Below are positions 9,731-21,575 of a stretch of DNA of 64,000 bases, piece after piece. The stretch is from contig JANNVQ010000014.1 in assembly GCA_031414535.1 (NCBI GenBank), positions 1-64,000 of the forward strand. The letters are read 5' to 3'. A program made the translations under genes and the position numbers. The notes under the pieces were generated by a model that saw only the letters and a list, made by a program, of their open reading frames with translations, was not told the origin of the DNA and made no database searches. Position 1 is the first letter of the stretch. Each line of letters starts with the position of its first letter. This DNA comes from Gemmatimonas sp. (lineage in GTDB: Bacteria > Gemmatimonadota > Gemmatimonadetes > Gemmatimonadales > Gemmatimonadaceae).

Positions 9731-11394
9731 CGACTGTGCGTGCGCGCGAACAGCACCTACAGCTCCGCCTCGCGGAGGCCGAGGCGACCATCGCGGCCCT
9801 CCTCTCAGGGGAGGTTGATGCCGTGGTGGACGAGCGCACGCGCACCCCCGTACTACTTGCCAAGGCGCAGGATGCCCTGCGCGAGAGCGAGGAGCGCATG
9901 CGCTACGTGCTCGCGGCCACCAACGTCGGCCTGTGGGACCGGGAACATCTCAACGGACGCGTTGAGTGGTCTGAGGTCCTCGAGCGTATGCATGGTATGG
10001 CGCCCGGGTCGTTCGACGGGACATTCGACATGGCAGTCGCGGCGATTCATCCGGACGACCGCGCGGACACACTCCAGGCGATCACCCAAGCGACGGAACG
10101 CGGCGGCGACTTCACGGTGCACCATCGCGTCGTCTGGCCCGACGGAACGACCCACTGGCACCGTGGTGTCGGCCGCGTGGTCCTCGGTCCTGATGGGAGG
10201 CCACTCCGCACGGTCGGGATCACGCAGGATATCACCGAGCAACATCGGCTGGAGCAGCAGTTCCTGCAGTCACAGAAGCTCGAAGCCGTCGGTCGGCTGG
10301 CCGGTGGTATCGCGCATGACTTCAACAACATGCTCTCGATTATCCTGAGCTGCGGCGAGCTCCTGCTCGGCGATCTCGACGAGCGCGACCCAGCGCGCCG
10401 CGAAGTCGAGGAGATCTGCAAGGCCGGCCGCCGCTCAGCCAATCTCACGAGGCAGCTCCTAATGTTCAGCCGACAACAGGTCCTCGCACCACGGGTGCTC
10501 AATCTCGAGGCGGTCACAGCCAACATGGAGGGGATGCTGCGTCGTGTCGTCGGCGAGGATGTGGATCTCCGGTTCGTGACCCATAGCTCCCTTGGTCACG
10601 TGCGCGCCGATCCCGGCAGCGTAGAGCAGGTGATCCTCAACCTCGTAGTCAACGCGCGCGACGCGATGCCCACGGGAGGCCAATTGACGATCGAGACGCG
10701 CGACGCAGTGGTTGACGCGGAGTTCTCGCGCAACCGACTCCAGGGCGCGACGCCTGGACACTACGTGGTGGTCTCCGTGCGCGATGCCGGCATTGGGATG
10801 GACGTCGCGACGCAGTCACGCATCTTCGAGCCCTTCTTCACGACGAAGGAGGTGGGCAAGGGGACCGGACTCGGGCTTGCGACCGTCTTCGGCATCGTCG
10901 CGCAGAGCCAAGGAGCAATCCTCGTGGAGAGCGCTCTCGGCGCGGGATCGACTTTCAGTGTGTATCTCCCCTGCGTCGCAGAGGTGGCGGACGACCGCGC
11001 CAACGAGCACCCGTCGCAGGGGCCGATGGGCAACGAGACGATTCTGCTCGTGGAGGACGCGGAGGCGGTCCGTATGGTAGCCCGCATCATCCTAGAGCGG
11101 CACGGCTACCGTGTGATTGAAGCAAGCTCACCGACAGCGGCGTATGAGCACTGTGAGCGCAACAAGGATAAGATTGACCTCCTGCTCACCGATGTCGTGA
11201 TGCCGTTGATGAGCGGCCCCGAACTCGCGCGGCGCGTGCAGTTGCTGCGTCCGGGGATTCGGGTGCTCTTCATGTCCGGCTACACCGACGACAGCGTCGT
11301 GCGGCACGGCGTGCTCGAGGGCGAGACGGCCTTTCTCCAGAAACCGTTCACCTCGGGGTCACTCGCACGGAAGGTGCGGGACGTGCTGTTGTAG
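9727..11394 (+). CDS. PAS hybrid histidine kinase/response regulator, Kai-associated
   Basis: N-terminal coil LAEAEATIAALLSGEVDAVV, PAS, H-box AHDFNN, GKGTGLGL, receiver LLTDVVMP; ATGA overlap with kaiB. Confidence 0.92.
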   Translation: MTTVRAREQHLQLRLAEAEATIAALLSGEVDAVVDERTRTPVLLAKAQDALRESEERMRYVLAATNVGLWDREHLNGRVEWSEVLERMHGMAPGSFDGTFDMAVAAIHPDDRADTLQAITQATERGGDFTVHHRVVWPDGTTHWHRGVGRVVLGPDGRPLRTVGITQDITEQHRLEQQFLQSQKLEAVGRLAGGIAHDFNNMLSIILSCGELLLGDLDERDPARREVEEICKAGRRSANLTRQLLMFSRQQVLAPRVLNLEAVTANMEGMLRRVVGEDVDLRFVTHSSLGHVRADPGSVEQVILNLVVNARDAMPTGGQLTIETRDAVVDAEFSRNRLQGATPGHYVVVSVRDAGIGMDVATQSRIFEPFFTTKEVGKGTGLGLATVFGIVAQSQGAILVESALGAGSTFSVYLPCVAEVADDRANEHPSQGPMGNETILLVEDAEAVRMVARIILERHGYRVIEASSPTAAYEHCERNKDKIDLLLTDVVMPLMSGPELARRVQLLRPGIRVLFMSGYTDDSVVRHGVLEGETAFLQKPFTSGSLARKVRDVLL

Positions 11395-11398
11395 CGCG

Positions 11399-12007
11399 TT
11401 AGGTGCGCCGCAGCACTCCCCACGAATACTCCCGTCCGAGCGTCGCCGATGCGGTGATCCATACCAGCGCCGCGGGCTCAATGAATCGCGCGCGCGCCAG
11501 CGGGCCAAGTCGCACCGGCTCAAAGCCGATGTCGGTGGCGAGGCGCATCACGTCGTCGCACGCCGCCGCATCGTCGCCGCAGAGCCAGAGCACCGCGCGG
11601 GCGTCGCCAAACCGCGGATTGGCCATGACTTCCATACCGATGCTGTTGAACGCCTTCACCACGCGCGCACCGGGCGCCCAGCGTGCAACCTGTTCGGCAC
11701 CGGAGTCGGTCGTGCCGTGCGTGAGTACCATGCCAGGGCCAATCGGGTTGGTGACATCAATCAACACCTTTCCCGCGAGATCACCGGCCGCGCGTAACGT
11801 GTCCTCGGCACCGGCCCACGAGGTCGTGAGCACAATCATGGCGGCGCGTGCAGCCGCGTCCGCGATGGACAGCACCGGACCGGGCACCGAAGCGTGCTTC
11901 GGGTCATCGGGCGTGCGCACGCCGTAGAGAACCTCACGGCCCGCTTCGGCGAATCGGCGCCCCAGCGTGGTGCCGATTCGGCCAGCACCGAGAATTGCAA
12001 TGGACAT
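11399..12007 (-). CDS. NADPH-dependent F420 reductase-like oxidoreductase
   Basis: GAGRIG, IDVTNP, SGAE and VVKAFN motifs. Confidence 0.88.
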   Translation of the reverse strand: MSIAILGAGRIGTTLGRRFAEAGREVLYGVRTPDDPKHASVPGPVLSIADAAARAAMIVLTTSWAGAEDTLRAAGDLAGKVLIDVTNPIGPGMVLTHGTTDSGAEQVARWAPGARVVKAFNSIGMEVMANPRFGDARAVLWLCGDDAAACDDVMRLATDIGFEPVRLGPLARARFIEPAALVWITASATLGREYSWGVLRRT

Positions 12008-12079
12008 GTTTGGAGAGTCGAGAAGTTAAATGAACGTTATGGCAACACGGTGGGGACGAGCACGACGCCAACAATAAGA

Positions 12080-12552
12080 TCAGGTGGACAGCACGAGGCC
12101 GTACACCACCACAATCATGAGCAACGCCATGCGACCGCACGAGGGCTGTGGCACCACCGCGCCGGGCGGCGGGATGTCACCATCGGCGACTGACCGCCGG
12201 TCACAAAGAGGGCGTCGTAGGCTGAGATGTCCACATCGGCGATGGACAGCGTGTTAGCCAAGAGCGCCGCGTGAGCGGACGACTTCTTGAAGCCCAGCGA
12301 GAGAATGTCATGCGCCGAGTAGCCGCTGGCGTCCTCCGGATCGGAATAACTGTCGGCCTGCAGCGCGCCGCCGTCGGGGCTTCGGATTTCGACGGTGTAT
12401 CCCGCCTCGGTGAATTCCCAGTACGGGTGTGTCAGCTCGGCCCACCAGAAGCCCACTGGCCATTTGGTCACGGGCGAGACGGCGGCATTTGCCGCAATCA
12501 GCAGCACACGTTTCGGCTGCGCGGCGTTCGAGATATTGGCGTTGGCACTCAA
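12080..12552 (-). pseudogene. 3'-truncated DJ-1/PfpI-family protein joined to a remnant of a downstream membrane-protein gene
   Basis: GFWWAELTHPY..YDALFVTGGQSPMVT stops before the catalytic Cys. Another frame reads IPPPGAVVPQPSCGRMALLMIVVVYGLVL. Confidence 0.75.
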
Positions 12553-12675
12553 GGAGCCGCTCCGTGTGATTGGGACGGCGTAAGGGTAGGATGCAACACC
12601 ACCCTACGATAGTATGCACCTTTTGGGATGATACTCACCAATAGGAGAGTGCTAAGTCAGAACTCCCACTTTGAT

Positions 12676-14211
12676 CTACGCGGAGGGGCGTCCGTCTAGC
12701 ACCTTGCGGACGTGCGTGGTCAACTCGCCCAGCGTGAATGGCTTGCCAATGAATTCGACGTCGGGGTCGAGCTGCCCAGAGCGCGCGATCAAGTCGGCGC
12801 TAAAGCCCGACATAAAGAGCACGCGAATGTTCGGACGCTGCTTACTCACCTCGCGTGCGAGGTCTGGGCCACTCATCACCGGCATCATCACGTCGCTGAG
12901 GAGCAAGTGCACCGGCTCCGCGTGCACGTCGAGGATGCGCAAGGCTTCCTCCGGACCGGAAGCGGTCAAGACCACGTACCCCTGTGCTCGCAGGGCGCGA
13001 GCTGTCAGCCGGAGAATGTCGGCTTCGTCTTCCACCACAAGCACCGTCTCAGTGCCCTTGGGCAGTTCCGGCACAGGTGCTGATGCAACCTCATCCAGCT
13101 TTGAGCTCGCGTGCGCGGGGAAGTAGATCTCAAAACGAGTCCCAACGCCCACTTCGCTGCGCAGCGCGATGAATCCGTGATTCTGTCGCACGATGCCGTA
13201 CACGGTCGCAAGTCCTAGCCCCGTTCCTTGGCCCAGCGGCTTGGTGGTGAAGAACGGCTCAAAGGCGCGACTCGTCACCTCAGGTGCCATTCCGCGGCCG
13301 TTGTCCGTGACGGTGAGCAGTACATAATTTCCCGGCAGTGCCTCAGGGATACTCATTGCGGCAGTCCCATCGAGGGAAACATTGGCGGTGGCGATATTCA
13401 GCGCGCCAACATCGTCAATGGCGTCACGAGCGTTGGCACAAAGATTCGTCAGAATCTGATCGAGCTGCGCGGGGTCGAGTGTGACCGCGCCGAGGTCGGA
13501 GCCTGGGACCCAATGCAACGCGATGCTCTCACCAATGAGCGGGCGCAACATCGAAAGCGTTTCGCTCACGGCCGCGTTGAGATCCAAAACCCGCGGCGCA
13601 CTCACTTGCCGCCGTGCGTATGTGAGTAGTTGGCGCGTCAGTGCTGACGAGTGCAACGCCGCCCTTTGGATGGCTTCCACGTCGTCTCGCGACGAATGCG
13701 TGGAGCCGATCTCACCAAGCAGGAACTCGGCGTGCCCGAGAATGATGGCGAGCGTGTTATTGAAATCATGCGCCACACCGCCAGCCAGTCTGCCTACCGC
13801 CTCGAGCTTCTGCGACTGTCGCACGTGCTCCTCGAGCCGTTTGCGCGCCGTGATGTCGCGAGCCGCGGCATAGGTGCCACGTTGACCCGCGAAATCAATG
13901 GACGTGGCCTGCACTTCCACATCGAAGATGCGTCCGTCTAACGCGATGAACCGCATTTCCACGAGTGGCGCGGGCTCGTTCAGTACCAGGACGAGCTTGC
14001 GACGTGAGAGCGCAAGTGCGTGATCGTCGGGGTGGACGCGATGCAACACATCGGTGCCGATCAGTGCCTCAGCGGAGGCCGCACCAAACAGGCGCACGGC
14101 CGCCGGATTCACGTACGCGAAACGACCCTCAACCACCACGTACGCGGCCTCCGGGGAGTACTCAACGAGATCGCGATACCAAGCGCTCGTGAGGACCGCT
14201 GGTTCGGTCAA
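12676..14211 (-). CDS. PAS hybrid histidine kinase/response regulator
   Basis: PAS (YVNPAA..HPDD), [14 protein letters not shown], receiver LLSDVMMP. Confidence 0.92.
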   Translation of the reverse strand: MTEPAVLTSAWYRDLVEYSPEAAYVVVEGRFAYVNPAAVRLFGAASAEALIGTDVLHRVHPDDHALALSRRKLVLVLNEPAPLVEMRFIALDGRIFDVEVQATSIDFAGQRGTYAAARDITARKRLEEHVRQSQKLEAVGRLAGGVAHDFNNTLAIILGHAEFLLGEIGSTHSSRDDVEAIQRAALHSSALTRQLLTYARRQVSAPRVLDLNAAVSETLSMLRPLIGESIALHWVPGSDLGAVTLDPAQLDQILTNLCANARDAIDDVGALNIATANVSLDGTAAMSIPEALPGNYVLLTVTDNGRGMAPEVTSRAFEPFFTTKPLGQGTGLGLATVYGIVRQNHGFIALRSEVGVGTRFEIYFPAHASSKLDEVASAPVPELPKGTETVLVVEDEADILRLTARALRAQGYVVLTASGPEEALRILDVHAEPVHLLLSDVMMPVMSGPDLAREVSKQRPNIRVLFMSGFSADLIARSGQLDPDVEFIGKPFTLGELTTHVRKVLDGRPSA

Positions 14212-14708
14212 ACGGCCGCCTTGAGCACCAGCGTCTGGCGACGAAGAGCGGTGGGCGCACGGCAGCTACCGCTGATGAAAGAAGAATCCATGTCATCAGA
14301 ATAACAGGTCCTGTGCTCGTTGTGGTCAACTATTGGCTAGTCGCTCAAGATGATCCTTGGCCTCGCGCAGGTGACGGTCATGAGCCGCGATGAACCGGGC
14401 GATGACGAATCAAGTCGCGGATCGGGCAGCTCACGGCATCAGCTCAATCGCCCGCTCAATTCGCCGCGCGAACGCGAACACGTACTGTCCGCCGTATCGC
14501 CATCCGCAATACGCGCCGGGATCCTGCAGCACAGCCGCAAAGTCAGTTCACCTGAGGAAGGCTTCCAATAAAAGCGCGTGATGCCCAGCGGCGCGCTGCC
14601 GAGTGAACCATCCCTCGGATTACCGGAAGGGAGTGCGAGAGTCCGCGTCGCCACCCGTGACCAAGATTGGCGTCTGCCTGAAACGGCGGTCCGCGCATGT
14701 CCCGTCGG

Positions 14709-14737
14709 TTGACTTCGAAGTTAGTACGCACGAAATT
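14709..14737 (+). promoter_or_regulatory. Putative mntH promoter with overlapping MntR/DtxR-type operator
   Basis: TTGACT-N17-GAAATT ending 5 nt before the ATG; imperfect palindrome AAGTTAGT-ACGC-ACGAAATT at 14718-14737. Confidence 0.5.
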
Positions 14738-14742
14738 CTACT

Positions 14743-16104
14743 ATGACCCTCCCCCCGCCTCCAGACGGACTGCCTTCCACCACCGAGGGCTGGCGTCATT
14801 CCCGTACGACGCCCTCGCTGAGCGAGGTATACCGGTCGGTCCCCGTCTCCGGCGGCCACTGGTTCCGCAAGATGCTGGCGTTCGCCGGCCCCGGGTATTT
14901 GGTCGCCGTCGGCTACATGGACCCTGGCAACTGGGCGACGGACCTCGCGGGCGGTTCCAAGTACGGCTACACACTCCTCAGTGTGATTCTGCTGTCGAAT
15001 CTCATGGCAATCCTGCTCCAGGGACTCGCCTGCAAGCTCGGCATCGTCACCGGCCGCGATCTCGCGCAGGCCTGCCGCGACCATTACACGCGCCCCGTGT
15101 CGTTCGCGCTCTGGGTGCTCTGTGAGATTGCTATCGCCGCCTGCGATTTGGCGGAGGTGATTGGCACTGCGATTGCGCTCAATCTGCTGTTCGGGATTCC
15201 GTTGACGTGGGGCATCATCATCACCGCGCTCGACGTGCTGATCATCCTTATGCTGCAGCAACGTGGCTTCCGCATGCTTGAAGCGCTCGTGATTACGCTG
15301 GTCGCGACGGTCGGCGCCTGCTTCCTGTTCGAGATCATCATCTCACGGCCAGACTTTGCCGGGATTGCGGCGGGCTTCGTGCCCAGCCCGTCGATTCTCT
15401 CCGACCCCGGGAAGCTCTACATCGCGATTGGCATCCTCGGCGCCACGGTGATGCCCCACAATCTGTATCTGCACAGCTCAATCGTGCAGACGCGGCGCTA
15501 CGACGAGTCGTTCGCGGGCAAGAAGGAAGCGGTGAAGTACGCGTTCATTGACTCGACCATCGCGCTCTCGATTGCGCTCTTCATCAATGCCGCCATCCTG
15601 ATTGTCGCAGCGGCGACCTTCCATACCACGGGCAACACAGAGGTCGCCGAGATTCAGGACGCCTACACACTCCTCACCCCGCTCCTTGGCGTGGGTGCAG
15701 CGAGCACCGTCTTCGCGTTAGCACTCCTCGCGAGTGGGCAAAACTCTACGCTCACGGGCACGCTCGCTGGGCAGATCGTGATGGAGGGGTTCCTCGACAT
15801 CCGTCTGCAGCCTTGGCTGCGCCGGCTGATCACGCGGGCAATCGCGATTGTGCCTGCGGTGATCGTGAGCGTGCTCTATGGCGACTCGGGAACGGCCAAG
15901 CTCCTGATTCTGAGTCAGGTGATTCTCTCGCTGCAGCTCTCGTTCGCCGTCTTCCCGCTCGTCATGTTCACGAGTGACAAGCTCAAGATGGGCGACTTCG
16001 TGAACCCACGCTGGCTCAAAGTGCTAGCTTGGTCCGTCGCGACGGTTATTGCGACACTCAACGTCTGGCTGCTCTTCCAGACCTTCTCCGCCGGGGTCCT
16101 TTAA
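14743..16104 (+). CDS. mntH: Nramp-family Mn2+/Fe2+ transporter
   Basis: YMDPGNW and MPHNLYLHS signatures. Confidence 0.95.
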   Translation: MTLPPPPDGLPSTTEGWRHSRTTPSLSEVYRSVPVSGGHWFRKMLAFAGPGYLVAVGYMDPGNWATDLAGGSKYGYTLLSVILLSNLMAILLQGLACKLGIVTGRDLAQACRDHYTRPVSFALWVLCEIAIAACDLAEVIGTAIALNLLFGIPLTWGIIITALDVLIILMLQQRGFRMLEALVITLVATVGACFLFEIIISRPDFAGIAAGFVPSPSILSDPGKLYIAIGILGATVMPHNLYLHSSIVQTRRYDESFAGKKEAVKYAFIDSTIALSIALFINAAILIVAAATFHTTGNTEVAEIQDAYTLLTPLLGVGAASTVFALALLASGQNSTLTGTLAGQIVMEGFLDIRLQPWLRRLITRAIAIVPAVIVSVLYGDSGTAKLLILSQVILSLQLSFAVFPLVMFTSDKLKMGDFVNPRWLKVLAWSVATVIATLNVWLLFQTFSAGVL

Positions 16105-16568
16105 TGTATGCGCGCATTTTGGTTCCGCTTGAAAACACGCGCTGGGACCGCATCATCCTGCATCATGTGCGGGAACTAGCGAAGATTCATGGCAGTGAGG
16201 TGTTGCTCATCCACGTCGCCGACGGCTTTGTGGCGCGCAACGTGGCGCAACTCGATTTGCGCGAGAGCGAGGAGATGCGCAAAGATCGTGCCTATCTTGA
16301 CGAGGAGGCGGCCGCGCTCAAGACTGAGGGATTCAAAGCTGATGCCGTCCTCGGCTGCGGCGACCCGGCAACCGAGATTGCGGCGGCGGCGGAGCGAGAG
16401 CACTGCGACCTCATTGCGATGAGCACGCATGGGCATCGGTTTTTCGGCGATCTGCTTCACGGCTCGGTCGCGAACGATGTGCGACACCGGTCGATGGTAC
16501 CGGTGCTGTTGGTGCGCGGTGATCCTGATCAAGTGCCGGGGCATCGCGCTCCCGTCAGTGCACCGTAG
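16104..16568 (+). CDS. Universal stress protein
   Basis: ILVPL..DLIAMSTHGH..GSVANDV..PVLLV; TAATG coupling to mntH. Confidence 0.92.
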   Translation: MYARILVPLENTRWDRIILHHVRELAKIHGSEVLLIHVADGFVARNVAQLDLRESEEMRKDRAYLDEEAAALKTEGFKADAVLGCGDPATEIAAAAEREHCDLIAMSTHGHRFFGDLLHGSVANDVRHRSMVPVLLVRGDPDQVPGHRAPVSAP

Positions 16569-16579
16569 GACACCCGAAC

Positions 16580-16600
16580 TGAACCTTCAGTGAACCTTCA
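16580..16600. repeat. 10-bp direct repeat TGAACCTTCA x2 with 11-bp period
   Basis: TGAACCTTCA-G-TGAACCTTCA directly abutting the AGGAGG RBS. Confidence 0.8.
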
Positions 16601-16610
16601 AGGAGGAACC

Positions 16611-17297
16611 ATGAAGACCGCACGACGTGACTTCCTGCAGCAGCTTGCCCTCGGTGGTGTTTCTGCAACCTTGATTCCTCTCACCGCACAGGCCGCGTGG
16701 GCCGAGCGTGCGGTCGCCGCCCCAACTGACCACGCCAGTGCACAAGGCGTGGATCTCACGTGGACGCGCCGGCTCACTGGCCGTTACAAGGCGGTGTACG
16801 ATAGTCCCGACATTGGCGGGGGACTCGGCGTGCTGCGCGCGGGCATCGTCAGCGCGCAGTATATGTCTGCGTTCAACGTCCCCGCGAGCGCCATCTCGCC
16901 CGTGATTGTGCTGCGTCATGATGGCATCGTGCTCGCGATGCAGCAGGACTACTGGGACGAGTACAAAGTCGGCGAGAAGGCCCACGTCACGCACCCATGG
17001 ACCGGCGCGCCGATGACGCGGAATCCAGCGCTACTTGGTGCGGGTGAGGGACTCCCGGCCGGACTCGAGGCGCATGCACTCGATAAACAACTGGCGCGCG
17101 GTGTCATCGTGCTTGCCTGCGCGTTGGCCTTTGCGGATGTCATAGACACGATTGCGACGGCGGATAGGATTGCACCCGAGGCAGCTGCGACAAAGGCGCG
17201 CCGCATGATGCTGCCGGGAATCATCATGCAGCCGTCTGGCGTGTTCGCGACCTCGGTGGCGCAGGACAATGGATGCGTGTACGTGCGAGCGACGTGA
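16611..17297 (+). CDS. Tat-exported hypothetical protein (possibly DsrE-like)
   Basis: AGGAGG RBS, RRDFL twin-arginine signal, GVIVLACALA motif. Confidence 0.75.
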   Translation: MKTARRDFLQQLALGGVSATLIPLTAQAAWAERAVAAPTDHASAQGVDLTWTRRLTGRYKAVYDSPDIGGGLGVLRAGIVSAQYMSAFNVPASAISPVIVLRHDGIVLAMQQDYWDEYKVGEKAHVTHPWTGAPMTRNPALLGAGEGLPAGLEAHALDKQLARGVIVLACALAFADVIDTIATADRIAPEAAATKARRMMLPGIIMQPSGVFATSVAQDNGCVYVRAT

Positions 17298-17313
17298 CGG
17301 TGACCTAGCTCGT

Positions 17314-17484
17314 CTACATGATGTCCGCGGACAGGGAACGGCAGCGCCCCGGTACCTCCCGCAGCTGGTCGTGGACGAGCCCCAGATTAGGCACGAAGGT
17401 GACGCCCGGCACGAGCCGAGCCTCTGCGAGCCGATCAATCCGCATCGTGCGCGGCGCCTGCTTGTCGAGATCAAACGCCAACAG
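17314..17484 (-). pseudogene. 3' remnant of a WYL-domain regulator
   Basis: LLAFDLDKQAPRTMRIDRLAEARLVPGVTFVP resembles the WYL core (WYLxAxD..RxFRxDR); the N-terminal part is missing. Confidence 0.6.
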
Positions 17485-17518
17485 GCGGCGCTCGTTCACA
17501 CGAGCGTGAGCCGTGTCG

Positions 17519-17646
17519 TCACGGGCCCCTTTTCATGACCCTGACGATGAGAACTACCAGCAGCACAATAACGAGCAGGCCGATGACGGTCCCCGTCCAG
17601 TGGCCGTTGCCCGACCAATCATGCATCCAGCCGTTCAGGCGATGCA

Positions 17647-17647
<1 letters not shown>
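17519..17647 (-). CDS. 42-aa single-TM protein coupled to the copper ATPase
   Basis: MHRLNGWMHDWSGNGHWTGTVIGLLVIVLLVVLIVRVMKRGP; TGATG overlap with the copB stop; AAGGAG RBS; below the ORF-track cutoff. Confidence 0.75.
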
Positions 17648-19629
<1,982 letters not shown>

Positions 19630-19775
19630 CTGTGCCTACGCCAGCGCGGCTCGCGGGTATGCTGCCTGCAGAGGGGCCATCAATCAGGTTCGCCGCCGGA
19701 CGCGCGCTATCCAATCACCCGATGGGATGAGATGCGCACTAGCACGAATGAAGGAGGCCGGCGACGGCGCCGACG

Positions 19776-20591
19776 TCAGACCTCGTCCTTCACCTGCGCA
19801 TAGGTCAGCACGGCGAAGAGTCCGGTGCCGCCCGCCACATTGCCCAGCAGCGTCGGCACCACCGCACGGAACAGCGCGTCGGCCACGCCGAGCTCTCCAC
19901 GGAAGACGAGGATAAACAACTCGGTGGAGCCAGCCACCACGTGGGAGAGCCCGCCGACTCCAATCACATAGGTGATGATGAAGATTGCCATCACCTCACC
20001 CGCACTCTCCAAGCGCGGCAGCACCCAGACCAGCGCGGAGATCAGGAATCCGGCTGGCATCCCCCACATCAGATATTCGTTCGGCGTCGCCGCGGCGTAG
20101 TGACGGGAGACGCTGAGGATGCCCTCGAACTGCGCGGGTGGTACAATCGACGCATACACCAGCGTCGCGGCGGCTACCAGACACCCGGTCAGGTTGGCAC
20201 TAATCACGATGGTCCAGAGCCGCGCCGTACGCCAGAGGTTGTACCGGGTCGGCTTCCGGAACAACGTGAGCATCGGCGTCATCGTGTTCTCGGTGAACAG
20301 TTGCATACGCCCGAGAATCACGATCAGGAAACCCACCGGATAGCCGAGGCTCGAGACTAGGCGCGTCCATTCCGCGTCAGGCAGCGCGGCCTCGAAGAAC
20401 CCCGTGGCGAGTACGGACACGCTGATGGCGAGGCCCGCGGTCACGCCGGACCACCACAGGGCGTTGAACGAACGTGAGAGCTCATGCTCGCCGCCGGCGC
20501 GAATGGCCTCGTACATCACTGACGTTTTGACGGCCGCCATATGATCGACCTGCTCGCGCTCCTCCTGGTCCATCAGCGGAGAGCGCTTCAT
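19776..20591 (-). CDS. Formate/nitrite transporter family protein (YfdC-like)
   Basis: QLFTENT, NLTG, HVVAGS and TLLGNVAGG motifs. Confidence 0.88.
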   Translation of the reverse strand: MKRSPLMDQEEREQVDHMAAVKTSVMYEAIRAGGEHELSRSFNALWWSGVTAGLAISVSVLATGFFEAALPDAEWTRLVSSLGYPVGFLIVILGRMQLFTENTMTPMLTLFRKPTRYNLWRTARLWTIVISANLTGCLVAAATLVYASIVPPAQFEGILSVSRHYAAATPNEYLMWGMPAGFLISALVWVLPRLESAGEVMAIFIITYVIGVGGLSHVVAGSTELFILVFRGELGVADALFRAVVPTLLGNVAGGTGLFAVLTYAQVKDEV

Positions 20592-20598
20592 CGCTGAA

Positions 20599-20928
20599 TC
20601 ATGCCCGCGGTCTGGCGAGGTCCGCCGCACGTCCGAGCGTGGTCTCGATTGCTCGCTCCATACTCTCCACCGCTCCATGAACGGCCTGCTTCACCGTATC
20701 GGCGTGGTGCGTCACCGCAATTGGCTGGCGGCCCTCGAGCCGCGCTTCGAGCATACACCGCTTGTCGTTCGCCCCGCCCTTGTCGCCATTGACGTCTTTC
20801 AGATGGACCTCGACCCGTGTGATACGACCACTGAATCGCTGCAGGCCGTCCGACACTGATTGAGTGATCTCAGCCGTCAAGGTCTCATTGTTTGCGATAT
20901 GATGACCGGTGTTGACCTGGATCTGCAT
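20599..20928 (-). CDS. HPF/RaiA-like ribosome-associated protein
   Basis: MQIQVNT..ITRVEVHLKDVNGDKGG..DKRCMLEAR. Confidence 0.85.
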   Translation of the reverse strand: MQIQVNTGHHIANNETLTAEITQSVSDGLQRFSGRITRVEVHLKDVNGDKGGANDKRCMLEARLEGRQPIAVTHHADTVKQAVHGAVESMERAIETTLGRAADLARPRA

Positions 20929-21104
20929 TCCGTACTCCTGTTCTCAAGTGAGGATGAGCGGTGTGCGCGTGGTACACGGTTTATACCCTGATGATCAGGT
21001 TCTGTTCGTCGCAACCAACGCAGCGCGCGCGGGTCAATGGTGGCGCGGAGCCGCCGATTCTGGCACCTTAAGGCGTAGACTTACACTCCCCATCTAAAAA
21101 CGCT

Positions 21105-21374
21105 GTGGACATTCCGACAGAGCCTCGGCCCATTGATCCGTTGCACGGCATCACCCTCAAGGTGATGATTGAGCACCTCGCCGACCGGTACGGGTGGGAC
21201 GGGCTCGGTGAGCGCATCACCATTCGCTGCTTCACGCACGACCCGAGCGTGAACTCTTCGCTGAAGTTCCTGCGCAAGACTCCCTGGGCCCGTGAGAAGG
21301 TGGAGTCGCTCTACGTCCACTCGGTGACGCATCCGCGCAAAGGCACCGCCAATCCAACCCGCCCCGCCGAATAA
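21105..21374 (+). CDS. VF530/DUF2132 family protein
   Basis: DPLHGITL..YGW..IRCF..DPSVNSSLKFLRKTPWAREKVE. Confidence 0.88.
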   Translation: MDIPTEPRPIDPLHGITLKVMIEHLADRYGWDGLGERITIRCFTHDPSVNSSLKFLRKTPWAREKVESLYVHSVTHPRKGTANPTRPAE

Positions 21375-21398
21375 CCGGGACGCACTAAGGAAGCCCCA

Positions 21399-21575
21399 AT
21401 GCAACGCAAGAAAGCCGTCGAACTGCAGCAGGCGTGGGGCAAGAAGCCCTGCACCCACCCGACGCTCGTGCGCGAGTACGCGGATGGCGTGCGCACAGGG
21501 GACTACTTCTGCGCGCAATGCGGCGCCGCTATCACTTTCCAGCAGAAGGTGAAGCTACAGAAGTCCCGGTCCTAG
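21399..21575 (+). CDS. 58-aa putative zinc-binding protein
   Basis: MQRKKAVELQQAWGKKPCTHPTLVREYADGVRTGDYFCAQCGAAITFQQKVKLQKSRS; AAGGA RBS; CxH...CxxC. Confidence 0.75.
   Translation: MQRKKAVELQQAWGKKPCTHPTLVREYADGVRTGDYFCAQCGAAITFQQKVKLQKSRS

Noticed and set aside
14208..14291. 27-aa ORF overlapping the kinase start as a leader peptide
   Set aside because: No RBS or diagnostic composition; could be chance
14560..14700. yybP-ykoY Mn riboswitch upstream of mntH
   Set aside because: I could not identify the conserved core, and the promoter appears to abut the ATG; an Rfam scan would settle it
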